A stretch of DNA of 63,943 nucleotides, filler included, from Collodictyon triciliatum (GCA_043381765.1; 8 parts of 8 records of this genome joined end to end with filler, not necessarily neighbours in it); one strand, 5' to 3'. Positions 26,598 through 40,478 are shown, numbered from the whole stretch's first letter. Translations and numbers: made by a program. Notes: generated from the sequence alone by a model not told the origin.

Positions 26598-29500
26598 ATG
26601 AAACCAACAAGGTTCAAAGCCGTAAGCAGAATGACCCTTACTAAGTGTTGGTGGGTTATCGGGTTTGCATTTGCTGTTCTGTCGATACTTGTATTTGTGG
26701 GGATGACTGAGCAACTTCGTCTCGAACAAAATCAAAGAGAAACCCAAGTAAGTCGTCACGCGGAGGAAGCAGCTGTAGAATGGAGCGAGGATTTAGGGTT
26801 CCAAGAAAAAAATGTAATCATTTATTATTGTAATCGAAACATTCTCCTTTTTGGTTTGCATTTATTTTTACGTCATTATTATTTAGAAAAGTCAATCGGT
26901 AGTTGCGTGGGTTGCGAGTCAAAGTATTCGAGGCCAATTAGATTCTGCCATCCCACAAAAGTCCAGAGTTGCTTATGTAACATTGTTAGGGTCCAATAGC
27001 TTCATACCAGGAGCTATAGTACGAATTAATTCTTGATAACTACAGAAAGCACATGCCTATAAAATATCGCCCAATATATGAAATGAAAGAATCAATATTA
27101 CATTTGAAGATTGTGAAACGAAATTTCTGTCATGTGTAAATATTTACCATGTATACATATAGTCTATGATGCAATCCCTCAAGGATTTAAAGACTAGGCA
27201 CGACCGAGTAGTGATGCATACGAAAACATTGCCCATCGACATCATTCGTTTATTTCATATGTCAGGAGTGCGAACACGATGGGTAGATTACATTGACAAC
27301 CCCACAGACGATGAAACTTTCAAAAAATATTCATACAGTTCAAAACGATACTGGGTGACGTATACCAAGCTACGGGCTTGGGAGTTAGTTGAGTACCGAA
27401 AAGTCATCATTATCGACTGTGATGTCTACCCTGTGATGAATATGGATGAGCTGAAACATGCAGCCACCCCATCAGCGACTATGGTTGTGCAGACGCCAAA
27501 ACTCCTAAATCCAGCCTTGATGGTCATAACACCAAGTTTATCAGAGTTTCAGACCATACTGAATGCCACAAAACATATCAAATCTCAAGACGGAGGGGAA
27601 TTGGGGTTTTTTGAAAAATATTATCCATTCCATTGGTCTATAAATCACCTTCCAAGAGAGTACCTATGGGATGTATTGAAGCCCTATTCCAAGGGATACG
27701 AAAAGATAAAAAGCTTTCATATGTTCTTTAAAAAACCGGTTTTAAAAACAGCTGAAAAAATATGGCTGATTAAGCCGCTTCTGTTGGAAGATGCTGTTCG
27801 GATTCGTTACATCAAAGACAATCCCTCCGAAAAGACAAGGTACTCTTACTTTCTGAGAGTAACAAATAGTTTTTGGAATTCATATTATCGGTTCTGGAGG
27901 AATAAAGGTATGGAGACACTGCAGTGGGGGACCACACACTCCTTAGCAGGGAATTGGGCCATGTACAATAGTTCAAAAAATGGAACAGATTTTTACATCC
28001 GACAGCATATGGGGAGAATATTTTTGCTTCACTTTAAACAGAAACAGCCTTGGGTGGGTGAGGGATACTTACTAAATGAGACGATTATGTTTTATCTCCA
28101 ATCTGTTACAACTGGGGAAGACATCATGTTTACTGGAACGGTTGAAAAGCAAAATATCATGCAGACAGGTTCACCTACAAAGGACTTTGGGGTAAACCAG
28201 ACATACGATAGTCGTGTTGATAAAGAGCATCTGGTTATGAGCTTATATAACGGAAATGGGAGAGTGATATCTCAATTCGTGCAGAAGCATGATACTCCTA
28301 GCATCCCTCTTCGTTCCGAGATGCCACTGACAGGGTTTTGGAAAGGAAAAATAGATATGACCTATTGGATTTGTGGGTACGATGGATTTCTCCTCATGTT
28401 TGGTTTCCAAAATACCCATGTAGATAACAGTATTCGAAATAGTATTAAAAAAAGTGGAGGTGATATCAATTACCGGTTAGAAGGAATTTGGTTTCTTCGA
28501 GAGGGCCACGCCGCTGGAAATGCTATGCATGGGACGTATGTGACGGGGTTTGGGATTACATTTGATAGTAAACTAGGAAAAACCAAATTTGGTTCAGAAC
28601 AAATAGTTTTGCAATTAACAGATAACAAAGAACTTGTGGCTCTTGACCCTTTGTCGAAGTTGCTTGGGATGCATCTAAAAAAAGTTGAGTTCAACATGAA
28701 TCACAGCACTGATTCTGATATTCTCAGTGAAGTTACAGCAAACGGAGGTGTCTCGGTAGACACAGACCCAGACCCAGATTTTGAGGAAGACAATCCTATA
28801 GAAATCAGAAACGATAACCACAAACCAAGACATAGCGCAACAAAGACCACAGCTAATACATACACGCACAAAATGAGTGGAAAGGAATCACTATTGAGGC
28901 TTGGCAGTCTCCTAAAATCAACACAATTAATGAGGGAGCAGATAATGTCATTAATTCAAGGGAGAAGAACTGCAGATGAATTAAAGGTAGAAGAATTAGA
29001 AGGTGGAAAAATTCTACCAGAACCAGATATCAAGTTACACGACCACAGAGGACTTTATCGCGGGTGTCTACGATTTGCATGGGAAAGCTTTCCAAGCTTC
29101 GCAAACATACAGATGGGTCAACTCGGACGTCGTCTTGTGCTTCATGAGAATCGCCCGGCTATATCGACGACTCGGTTTGGAGTTGGATTTGCCTCAAGGA
29201 ACGGGTTACTTTTAGAATGGTTTGATTACGACATACATGGTCAAGACCGCTGGTCTGCATTAGTTCAGGACCGAGATGTAGTGTATCTTCAACAAACGAA
29301 TGAGACTTATGTAGACTTGAATACAAAAACAATACCGAAAGATCATACATCTGTCTACGAATGCAAGGATAATCCACACAAATCTGTCCTTTTCCACATA
29401 CGACCTTTCGCTACCACACCAGCATCAATAACATCAGTAAACAATAAATCACGCAAAATCTGGATCAAGGATGGAAAGGACGTTCGCAGTGGTGATTGGG

Positions 29501-29799
29501 AGCCATCATCGAATTCGCAGTGGATTTATTCAGTGTTTTTTTCTCTCATGGGAGACCGCATTTACTTAATCCGCAGAGCAAAAGGCACGAATTTGCTTAC
29601 AAAATCCAGCGTGGGACTGGGATTCGGTCTGGTCTCGTCAGATGGAACGCGCGCTCAGGTTGTGCTCTTTCGCCGCTTCAACAATCGCGCTTCATCTTTG
29701 GGACTTGTTGATCTCTTTTGGACCGGCGAACACTGGGTCAACATAGCAGATTCGGCCCTTGGGAAGCGGGAGGACTGGATAAGGAGCAAAGTTGGTTGA
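26598..29799 (+). CDS. Type II membrane glycosyltransferase family 8 (glycogenin/GNT1-like) protein with ~620-aa C-terminal extension
   Basis: TM segment WWVIGFAFAVLSILVFVG; exon RVAYVTLLGSNSFIPGAI; YTKLRAWELVEYRKVIIIDCD (DxD); LNPALMVITPS; DGGELG; long terminal exon 27163..29799. Confidence 0.85.
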
Positions 29800-30771
29800 T
29801 GTGGTCTGTGAGGCCGATGTCAAAAACCAACAGTTACAAAAGCGACCGATTATTCACAACTAACACATTCCCTCTTATTCTCTTCTCTATTCCCCAGAGC
29901 GATATATCAAACCTGTTTCTGCCAGTAAATAATAATAATAATAAAAAATAAACGCAAAATTGTAATGCAAAAGGCAAGCCTAGCTGCACGGGAAAAGGGG
30001 ACTATTTGGCATGAGCCACAGAGATGAAAAAGAATTGAAAAAAAAAGAAAAAGAAAGAGAAAAGGCAGAATTAAGATATGACAAAGCAAAAACCAAAGAA
30101 AACTGTGTAACAGACAGAGCTCCACGAAATGTAAAAGTGTTATGAAAGCGCACAACTTAATTAACAGATCATCAATAAAGAAGAAAAAAGGAAGATAATA
30201 ATGATATCTTATATTAGCAACAGGGGAGCAAAAACACTGGATAGAACCCCCTTAAAACTGGATAAAAATCGAGACAAAAGAAAAATTAGTACATCATGAC
30301 ATTACCCATCACACAATCAAAATAAAAATTCATTTCAAAGCAAGCTATTGGTAAGACATTGAAAATGAGACGGACATGAAATCAGAAACGAGACTTAAAA
30401 TGAGGGAATTAGGTCTCTTTTTCATTTTATCCCCTATTTTATTATTATTATTCATCAGGCACACTCACCTTTTTCTCAAGCCAACAATCCATTTCACATA
30501 ACCCATCTCCCTGTCATTTTCCTTCGCTTTGCTCTTCTTTCCTTCCATCGTTCGTTCTGTTGCCTCCATCAACACAAACAACCTCACAAGCACAAGACCT
30601 TTGGCCATCATTTCCACAAAGCCCATGGCAACTTCATCCTTCATACGCCTAAGCACGAGGCTGCTCCACAGAGGGACGAGCCAAGTCGAGACCCACAAAC
30701 ACAAACACACATGCACATACACATGAATATGTAAACATAAACACATAAACGCAGCTGCTTTTCGCCCACAG

Positions 30772-33700
30772 ATGAACCCAGCCAGCGATCAACTCCGGGC
30801 AGCAACGCAGCTTTTGTCCAGCCACGCACAATGCTCCGCAGCCGGCCCAAGTGGTGAAGCGAGAGTCGGCTTGGCCGCATATGCTTTGTGGACTGTGGAG
30901 GGCGATTTGGACGAGCACATGATTCTGGACGCGCAGCAGCAGAAGGCGCTGGAGGCGGCCTATGCTGGGTTGGAAGAGCAGCTTTTTCTGGACCCGCGGC
31001 TCATCGACTTTTCAACAATGACGCAGGTGAATGTTGGCACGGGGAAGACTCGTTCTCTTGTGAGGCACGCCTTCCCGTATCCGCATATCTGGGCGGGGAT
31101 TGCGGAGGGCGTGGCGGAGATCTTTGGTTTGTATGATCAGATGGCCCTGGGCGAGTCGCAGAGAAGGCGCATGGGCGAGTTTCTTTATGTCTCGCAGTAT
31201 GGCTCGACGGGGGTGAGGCTTTGCGAGGTTGATTGGAATGAAATGCAGGTATTTTCATGGGTTGCTTGTGTTATGATGCTTTATGTGTATGTGTATGTGT
31301 ATGTGTATGTGATTGTGTATGTGATTGTGTATGTGTATGGGTGTTCATACACGTTCTATTTTATTCGGGGTTTTTTTTAATTCGTTATGTTTTTTTAATT
31401 TGTTATGTTTTGCGTAGCTATATATTAAACATGCAACTGTTTATCTCTTTTAATTTAATTTTACTGTCTAGCATATTATTTTTAAAAATTATTTGCTTCA
31501 GCTATTTAATTAATTTTGATTTGATACGATTTGATGTAATTTGATGTAATTTGATGTAATTTGATTTAATTGTTCTTAATATGATTTAATTTATTTCAAT
31601 CTGTTCTGATGGGTTTTAATCTGCTGTGACATGTTTTGTTTTGATTTTTTGATTTTATTTTATTTTATTTGATTTGATTTGATTTGATTTGATTTGTACT
31701 GAGAAAGATTTTTTTCTTATTATAATTTGGTGATGAAATAAATTCTAGATAAGGATCGATGAACGTCTGACATTGTCTCTGGTGGAGATTCCTCTGAGTC
31801 GAGTAATGCAGGGTGATACTACACCAGACTTCGTCCTTAACTACAAGGCCATCTTGGAGATGGAGGTCTTTCCCGACAAGTGTAATGGTTTAGCAGTAAA
31901 ATCTGATCAATATTTTTTTTTCAATTAGCATCGCTGGCCAGATATCCTTTTGTGCGTATGCTTCTTTATGTCCTCTATTATCGTGCGAGCGCACATAAAC
32001 TAAAATTTATGCTGATGAACGACTCAGACTATGAAGAGCATGTGCCTCCCAGAGTAGAAATGGCCATGTTGGACACACCCGGCCTAATTCATACTCGAAA
32101 GATTGCTTCTTCTACTTTATCCACCAAGATTAGAGGTAGATACCTTATGTTTGCATATCAATCCATGCAACTATAAGCGTAGCTCTCCCACTCACATTAT
32201 TCAGTATCGATGATATTTTGAAGCGCGCGCCAGTAATGTTCACAATTACCTATTTAAAAGCCACACATCTAAATATTTTCTTTTGTTGTTTGTCCGTGTC
32301 TCTGCTGGATTGCATAGAAGTGGAAGAGCCCTTGTATAAAACAGACGTGGTCCTCTGCGAACTAAAGCCAGGAGAAGAGCCGCGACCGCCAAATACCGAA
32401 CCGTGGACACAAACAACTGTGGACGACCCCACGTTGAATGAGGACTGTCCGATTTGCTATATTGAGTTATCAACTGGAGACTCTATCTGTTTGGATGACT
32501 GCGAACATCGATACCATAGAAGTTGCATCCAAGACGCTTTTCGATTATCAAAGAGCTGCCCTGTGTGCATGAAGAGCTACGACATTTCATAGTAAGCCAT
32601 ATTTATGTATTTTNNNNNNNNNNNNNNNNNNNNNNNNNNNNNNNNNNNNNNNNNNNNNNNNNNNNNNNNNNNNNNNNNNNNNNNNNNNNNNNNNNNNNNN
32701 NNNNNNNNNNNNNNNNNNNNNNNNNNNNNNNNNNNNNNNNNNNNNNNNNNNNNNNNNNNNNNNNNNNNNNNNNNNNNNNNNNNNNNNNNNNNNNNNNNNN
32801 NNNNNNNNNNNNNNNNNNNNNNNNNNNNNNNNNNNNNNNNNNNNNNNNNNNNNNNNNNNNNNNNNNNNNNNNNNNNNNNNNNNNNNNNNNNNNNNNNNNN
32901 NNNNNNNNNNNNNNNNNNNNNNNNNNNNNNNNNNNNNNNNNNNNNNNNNNNNNNNNNNNNNNNNNNNNNNNNNNNNNNNNNNNNNNNNNNNNNNNNNNNN
33001 NNNNNNNNNNNNNNNNNNNNNNNNNNNNNNNNNNNNNNNNNNNNNNNNNNNNNNNNNNNNNNNNNNNNNNNNNNNNNNNNNNNNNNNNNNNNNNNNNNNN
33101 NNNNNNNNNNNNNNNNNNNNNNNNNNNNNNNNNNNNNNNNNNNNNNNNNNNNNNNNNNNNNNNNNNNNNNNNNNNNNNNNNNNNNNNNNNNNNNNNNNNN
33201 NNNNNNNNNNNNNNNNNNNNNNNNNNNNNNNNNNNNNNNNNNNNNNNNNNNNNNNNNNNNNNNNNNNNNNNNNNNNNNNNNNNNNNNNNNNNNNNNNNNN
33301 NNNNNNNNNNNNNNNNNNNNNNNNNNNNNNNNNNNNNNNNNNNNNNNNNNNNNNNNNNNNNNNNNNNNNNNNNNNNNNNNNNNNNNNNNNNNNNNNNNNN
33401 NNNNNNNNNNNNNAAAAAAAAGGGGAAAAGAATATTTGGAATAAAAAAAACCAAATGAAATGAAGATAATATTCCCTGGATTGTATTTTTATATGTGACT
33501 CAGCTTACACTATACTTTGTAGAATAGATATGTCCATTTTTTTTTGCAGGATTTTCCGAAATGGTTGACTCTGTTTCAAAGTAAATAACATCATCCTTTA
33601 AATTATAGATTGCATTTCAGCGCAAACTCATTTTTCAGCTTCGCCATTCAAGAAGGAACCGGTAAGTTATCCTGATAGTTTTGAGGAAAGAGTGCTAGTA

Positions 33701-33993
33701 TGAAATGGAAGAAAAAAAACCAATCACATCATATAAATTAAAGAAGGAAAAGAAAGAACAAATACTCCTGTACACACGACAATACATAAATAAAATATTC
33801 ATAGATGCACATATATTACTCTCGGCAATAATAATCATAATAATAATAATAAACAATCAGAAGGCCGTTCATGCATTGGGGCAGAATCGACCATAAGAGC
33901 AAATTGAGTGGCGGTCCTGAAGTGTTCGGATATCCTGACCCATCATACTTTTCACGCGCCAGAGCTCAACTGGCCAAGTTTGGTGTTAATTAG
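30772..33993 (+). CDS. Deltex-type E3 ubiquitin ligase: WWE, degenerate WWE, RING-H2, Deltex C-terminal (DTC) domain; spans an N gap
   Basis: WWE: W...QKALEAAY...IDFSTMTQVNVGTGKTRSLVR. RING-H2: CPIC..CEHRYHRSCI..CPVC. Last exon: WGRIDHKSKLSGGPEVFGYPDPSYFSRARAQLAKFGVN* (DTC HKT..GG..GYPDP.Y signature). Confidence 0.85.
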
Positions 33994-34358
33994 CCCACGC
34001 GATACCACCACAAAAAAATCACTTCTTGAAGACCAGGAGGTGGTTGCCAAGTGACAGCCCACCAAGCGGTTTTGCCTTTTTGAAGTCTGCGATGTCTACG
34101 TGAACATAATTCTATAAAGTTTTTTTAAAATGAAATTCTTTTTGAGACTTGATGTAAGGATGAATGCATGAAAAACAAAACAAATACAAAAAATTATGGC
34201 TCTTGATTGTTTCTTCATTTAGCATAGATATAGTAATTTTTTGCAATCAAGAAAATCTTGAACGGTTGCATGTTCAAAAGAAAAGTAATAATATTTGGTC
34301 ATTTTCTTGATGTGAACCCATCATTTTATATGCAAGACATATTCTCTTGCATATGGCC

Positions 34359-34595
34359 TTATTCGCGTTGCATCTGTACGTTGATTTTCTTTGCATACTG
34401 AGCCGTATATATAGAATGAAGAGAAACTAGAGTAAAGACGAGATACTCGTGCATGGGAAAACGATACTGATCACTCAGCGACCACAAAACACCGCCAAGC
34501 AAAGGGCCGATGAATCTCACAACCGCAGCAAAAAGAACACCGACTGCATTTGCGGCTCCTCGTTGTTTTGATGACGTACAGTTTGTGAGGAAAAC
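34359..34595 (-). CDS. Last exon of an MFS transporter (ZIFL1/DHA1-like), 5'-truncated
   Basis: VFLTNCTSSKQRGAANAVGVLFAAVVRFIGPLLGGVLWS... (TM11-12 RGxAxG..R.IGP..GG motif). Confidence 0.75.
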   Translation of the reverse strand, partial: VFLTNCTSSKQRGAANAVGVLFAAVVRFIGPLLGGVLWSLSDQYRFPMHEYLVFTLVSLHSIYTAQYAKKINVQMQRE

Positions 34596-34725
34596 CTGAG
34601 GGACACGCACAACATTATTAAAGGTATAATTGAAATTAGATTCTGGTGTTCTTTCTCATAGAGTAGTCACGAAATCGTCTTCTGCGTACTGCTTTTTTTT
34701 TTCGCAGTAATCGCTCGACTGACTC

Positions 34726-34824
<99 letters not shown>

Positions 34825-34924
34825 NNNNNNNNNNNNNNNNNNNNNNNNNNNNNNNNNNNNNNNNNNNNTTAATTAATTAANNNNNNNNNNNNNNNNNNNN
34901 NNNNNNNNNNNNNNNNNNNNNNNN
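34825..34924. other. Artificial contig-joining spacer
   Basis: N44-TTAATTAATTAA-N44. Confidence 0.97.
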
Positions 34925-36471
34925 TCTTTCTATTCTTTCTATTCTTTCTATTCTTTCTATTCTTTCTATTCTTTCTATTCTTTCTATTCTTTCTATTCTT
35001 TCTATTCTTTCTATTCTTTCTTTTCTTTCCTTCCACCCAAAACACAAATACTCCAATCACACAATCCGGGTTATCCACTGCCTCGTCCGCTGCTCATTTT
35101 TGCCCAAGAGGCGAATGCGGTTTTACTCCGCTTTGTTTTTGCTGAATGAACAGTTGAAATGAAATAAAAAAAAATATTGAAGGCTGATACGTAATAGAAT
35201 AATAAAAAAAAATATTGGAGCACTTTCTCCTACTGAGATATTAATTTTTCACGATTTCCTTACTTTCAAATGAAAACATAAAAATTATATGCTTGTTGAT
35301 TATCACAACCAATTCACCACCAAAATATGTATCACAGTGTCACTTGGGAAATGGGCCGATGATACAATCAAATTTTTTTTTCCTCTATTCGATTCGAAGT
35401 GTAACGAGGTTATGCCTTGATACAACCAAATATCTTGTGATTTTGATATGAATTGAATTTACGCATCATTCAACATACAATTTTTAGGATTTATGAACAT
35501 TTAATATTGCATCCAATGATGCGATTTGTGGATGGCACATGGAGCTTTTGCCGTAATCGCTTCAACTCCGGGTCTCTTTACCAGAAATAAATCAGTGTTA
35601 GTGTATCAGAGTGCCTCTATTACGTAAATACGGCAATAGGAATTGTTTGGTTGCCAGCGATGAATATTCGATGGGAAATAAGCAGTTGAGTTTTTGACGA
35701 TGGAAACTGATATGCTTGGGGGAAATGGCATAACACATCAAAAAAGTAAGAATTATGCAAAATATGAATACAGGTAGCGTAATTGATGAGATTTTTTTGG
35801 AAGTCTGAATCGTTTCATCTCAACGTGTCAATGGCCTGGGCGAGTTTAATCCTTGACTTATTATGCACAGTACTTTAGAGCAATAATAATGATTTTCGGT
35901 CGGATTCCCTTAGCACATGGCTTTGGGAGGTTGGTGAAGAAAGCAATTCTAGATACATATCCGTTATGTCGACTTGATATGGCCTGAACATGTTGATTTT
36001 CATTTCAAATGTCCAGGAAAAGCTTCGATATAACACTAAACTATAGCATGGCAAGCTATTGAATCCTGCTCTCTTCTTATTTCACTAACTTTAGAGACAA
36101 TTTGTCCCTGGAATAAAAAAAAATGAAAATCTGCAACACTCTCATGTAAAAAAAAAAAGGCAAACCTATGGTAGAAGGGAGGCTATGCCATCAGTTTATC
36201 TCACATTTCTTCGCGATGCATTAAATGATATTTTCTTAAGACATCGCCTAGCGGCTACCACACATTAGCTTGCACTGAACTATATACATGTGTTTAATGT
36301 TTATCTTGCATGAAAATGCTTGGAGTAAACCAACCTTCTGCTCCGAAGCCTATATCTACTGATGTTTGCCGAAGCGGCACTTGGATTTTGTTTTTGTTAT
36401 TTCCTTTTAATCCTTTGTTTTCCCCCCTTTTGTGCAGCCTCTGGTTTTCTCATACCTTATCAATACACTAT

Positions 36472-37567
36472 ATGTGGAGCAACTTGGATTTCCGTTGCAA
36501 GCCTTTCGGTTCGCATGTGATCCTTCTGCCTCAAATCAGATCTCCAACAGAGACGCCAGACAACCGAAGAATATCCTGTGGCCGCCATCCCTTTGGAGAC
36601 GAAAGAGAAGACGGCTGGGGCAAAGCACATCTCACCAGAATGTTTCCTTGGTTTTCCAAAAAACGGGTTGAAACCGAGCGATACCCGAAGCTTCAAGACA
36701 GAATCAAAGCACTTCCCGAGAGAGATCAGCAGTGGCTTGTAGAAACCTTTGACACTTTGCATCAGGACTACCAAGTGCCTTTTCATTTCATCTTTCCTCA
36801 TCTTTTTTTTTTTGTATGCGATGGTTGTGAGTATCAAATTGAATACATCATCATCCATGTTTAGAATGCCAACGCAGAGTTGGATAGTAAAGCCCATGAT
36901 GTTAAGGCCTTCGATGTTCTTGCCTTGATACCTCATGGCACATTACATCGCAACTCATCATCCTCTTCACCAACACGGCCCACTGATAATGCACACACCG
37001 GAGAGCACAAAAAATTCAAGTTTGAAAATAAGGACGGATACTTTCTTCAACCCAAAATCACGCGGCGAGGTATTNNNNNNNNNNNNNNNNNNNNNNNNNN
37101 NNNNNNNNNNNNNNNNNNNNNNNNNNNNNNNNNNNNNNNNNNNNNNNNNNNNNNNNNNNNNNNNNNNNNNNNNNNNNNNNNNNNNNNNNNNNNNNNNNNN
37201 NNNNNNNNNNNNNNNNNNNNNNNNNNNNNNNNNNNNNNNNNNNNNNNNNNNNNNNNNNNNNNNNNNNNNNNNNNNNNNNNNNNNNNNNNNNNNNNNNNNN
37301 NNNNNNNNNNNNNNNNNNNNNNNNNNNNNNNNNNNNNNNNNNNNNNNNNNNNNNNNNNNNNNNNNNNNNNNNNNNNNNNNNNNNNNNNNNNNNNNNNNNN
37401 NNNNNNNNNNNNNNNNNNNNNNNNNNNNNNNNNNNNNNNNNNNNNNNNNNNNNNNNNNNNNNNNNNNNNNNNNAGCAGATGGAGAAAGACCGCACAGTCC
37501 AGTATTTGATAATCGGCGCACCGTCCCGACCAAAAACAGCGCCAAAGAGCGAGTCGAGGGGGGATGA
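36472..37567 (+). CDS. Hypothetical protein (multi-exon, spans an N gap)
   Basis: Coding-like blocks ...MFPWFSKKRVETERYPKLQDRIKALPERDQQWLVETFDTLHQDYQ, GT-AG intron, then NANAELDSKAHDVKAF...; no recognised domain; start and end uncertain. Confidence 0.4.
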
Positions 37568-38295
37568 GTCACTTTTCTGAATATAAATGCAATAAAACCA
37601 ACTTTAAATCCTCATGTCCCAAAGTTTTCCAAGTTGCTTGTTTGGAAGGATGGTTTGGTTTTGTGAGGCTCTTTGGCGGCTATGGTGCGTTTGCAGTGTG
37701 CCTGACCAAGATTCATCTGGCCGGCGTGTCCACCCTCAACATTATCCACATTTAGTTAATATTTTGACGTAATATTCCGTTGAATAATCCAAAATTGGAA
37801 ACCCGATGTCCAGAAAATGCATGCGAAAGGCTCTGTATGGCCACAAATTGCGTATTAGGTACTTTTAAAAGAACCTTACATTAAAGTGATCTATTCTGGA
37901 ATATTCAGTTCACTTTGAAGATTGTCCGTTTCAATGAATAAACGAACAGAAATTCGATGAGAAAATAAGATTATTTGCAAAAGTTGCTCGGCAAATAGGT
38001 TGAGACTGTTTCGTTAGCGGTTACAATCCGATGCAATTGGATCAACACAAGCGAGGGTCGTTTACAAGGACAGTTGCGACAGAAGCACCGAGCAACCCAA
38101 ATAGCGAAGGCTGTTGTGGCGACTATTCCGCACGAGAAAGCGAACCGCCCCCTCTGGCGAAAAGTCTAGCACCAGCATCACTGCATCATATAAATCGGTA
38201 CTAAAACATAGCTTCTTGCCTGTTCTTCGCAACCACACCAAAGGCAGGGTAAATCCCGCACCCAACCGAAGCGAAGAGGACGACCCAGAAACTTG

Positions 38296-40478
38296 ATGGC
38301 GGATTCACTCACAGATCTTTTGGACACTGGCCACGGCGCTGATGACCCAAACGCCCTTTCCCAGCAAACTTTCTTGTCTCTGTCTGATCGTGACTTGTCT
38401 GTGCTGCCAGAGACCATCTCGCAACTAATCAATCTGCAGGTCGTTGGACTTGACGAGAACAGCTTTGCAGACTTCCCCACGATTCTGGTGACTTTGCAAA
38501 AGCTCAACATCCTCGACCTCTCCAGCAACAAAGTCAGCCACATACCAGCCATCATTTCTGCTCTGACGAATCTGAAGGAACTCCATCTGACGCAGAATCA
38601 GCTGACCCAGCTCTACGGCATCACCGGTCTGCTTTCTCTCGAAATCCTGGACCTGAATGTGAACCTGCTTTCCACAGTAGACAATGGCATATCGCTTTTG
38701 AAGAGGCTCTCTAAGCTGCAACTCGAGCAAAACTCCATCTCGCAGCTCCCTGATGCCATTTCTTGTCTCGATTCCCTTAGTGAGCTCAGTCTAGACCAAA
38801 ATAAACTCACGGACATACCTGATGGCATTTCGGGTCTCACCAATCTAAAGACTCTGGGTCTTGGTGGAAATAATATATCTCTTTTCCCAGTTGCCATATC
38901 TAGCTTGGTCAACCTACAGGAGCTTCACATCTATCAGAACTACATTTCCGTCATTCCGACGTATGTATCAAAGCTGACTAGGCTTGCAGAGTTCTCAATA
39001 TATGACAATCCCGTATGATATTCATTCCACGGCTTGCATTAACATATGAAGCTTGTTATTTGTAGAACCCCACGCTTATTTTACCTTTCATTGATCAATA
39101 TGCCATCCAGATAACCGAATTGCCCGATGAAGTCACAACATTGAAGAAGCTCACCAAATTTGCCATTCAAGCTGGAAAGGGTATCCAAGTTAAATCAGCA
39201 CCAGAGGGCATCCGACATATGATGTGCTGGGATTCTTCATGGGAAGGAGCGATTGCTTTGAAAAATACAGTAAGAATCCATCTTAACTTTCCATTCTGAT
39301 TCGCATAATATCTGGGTAAAGAATGCATAAATTTTAAGCAAGAAACTAAATTCGAATATACCATCAAATACATGAAATCAAGCCGATCGAAATCGATGAA
39401 TCCACAGGTTTTTCTATTTCTCTCACATCGCGATGATTTTTTTTTATAAAAAAATATTAACTGTATGGATCATTACACAACTACAACATGAGCCACATGT
39501 ATTCATATTTTCTTGATTGATTGCTGAACAAGTCTCATTATAGTCGAAGCCCTTGAAATCGCCAAGAAGCTTGCCTACCAGTGGCATTCTCCAAATGATA
39601 ATTTCATGGACTCTACAATGTTGAATTTTTCTGACATCCCCATACAAAACATTCCGCTTTCAATCACTGCATTAAGAAACCTGGAGGACTTGACGCTCAC
39701 TAGAAATCTACTTGTCTCCTTACCCGAAGAAATAGCAATGCTTAACCGCCTCCGAAAATTGAATATCAGCCACAATATCATCCCCTTCTTGCCTCGCGAA
39801 ATCTCTATTATGACCAATTTAACCTTCCTCAACGTCTACCAAAATCAGCTGTCATATCTTCCGGAGGGTGTCTCTTGTCTTAGCAATCTTGTTGTCTTGA
39901 GCCTCGGACATAATCGATTCACCTCCTTGCCAGAATGGATTTCTGCGTTGACTAAAATTGAGAAGCTCTCCATTCAACACAACTCACTGAACTCATTACC
40001 TGATGAGTTATCATCAATTACATCCCTGACAACAATGGACCTCTCTGCTAACGATGTACTTTTTAGATGCACACAGACAGTATTTCGCTGCAAATGAAAC
40101 ATAGACCTTATTTAATTTTTTTTAATGTTATTTGTTTGTTTATTGTTTATTGTTATTTAATTTTTTGTTTTTTGTTTTATTTTGTTTGTCGTTGTAGTAT
40201 ACAACTCTATTAAAAGCCACATATACTTTTTCATGTCGTCATAGTACTTATTTTTCGCTTGTCGTTTGGTGATTAAACTATTCCAGGAAATCAAAAGTCT
40301 TCCCGCTTGGATTACCTGCCTCAAGGATTTGCGAGTGCTATTCATCGATTTCCGAGGCCGATGCACCATTCAAAGTGCCCCACAGGGCATTGCAGCACTT
40401 CCGTGTTGGACTGAAGGCACAAAACACGCATCCGGAATCAGCGTTGCCGGGGCTCTGCGTCGACTCAGCCTCGTATAG
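38296..40478 (+). CDS. Leucine-rich repeat protein, 4 exons, two LRR solenoids
   Basis: 23-aa LxxLxLxxNxLxxLP repeats in exons 38296..39012, 39111..39269, 39544..40056 and 40288..40478. Confidence 0.88.

Noticed and set aside
32588-32596. Apparent premature stop (TAG TAA) after the Deltex RING
   Set aside because: It overlaps a GTAAGC splice donor (TCATA|gtaagc), so the frame continues in downstream exons.
32523-33458. Long ORFs spanning N gaps (also 36880-37572 and 49359-49971)
   Set aside because: Their length comes from undetermined bases.
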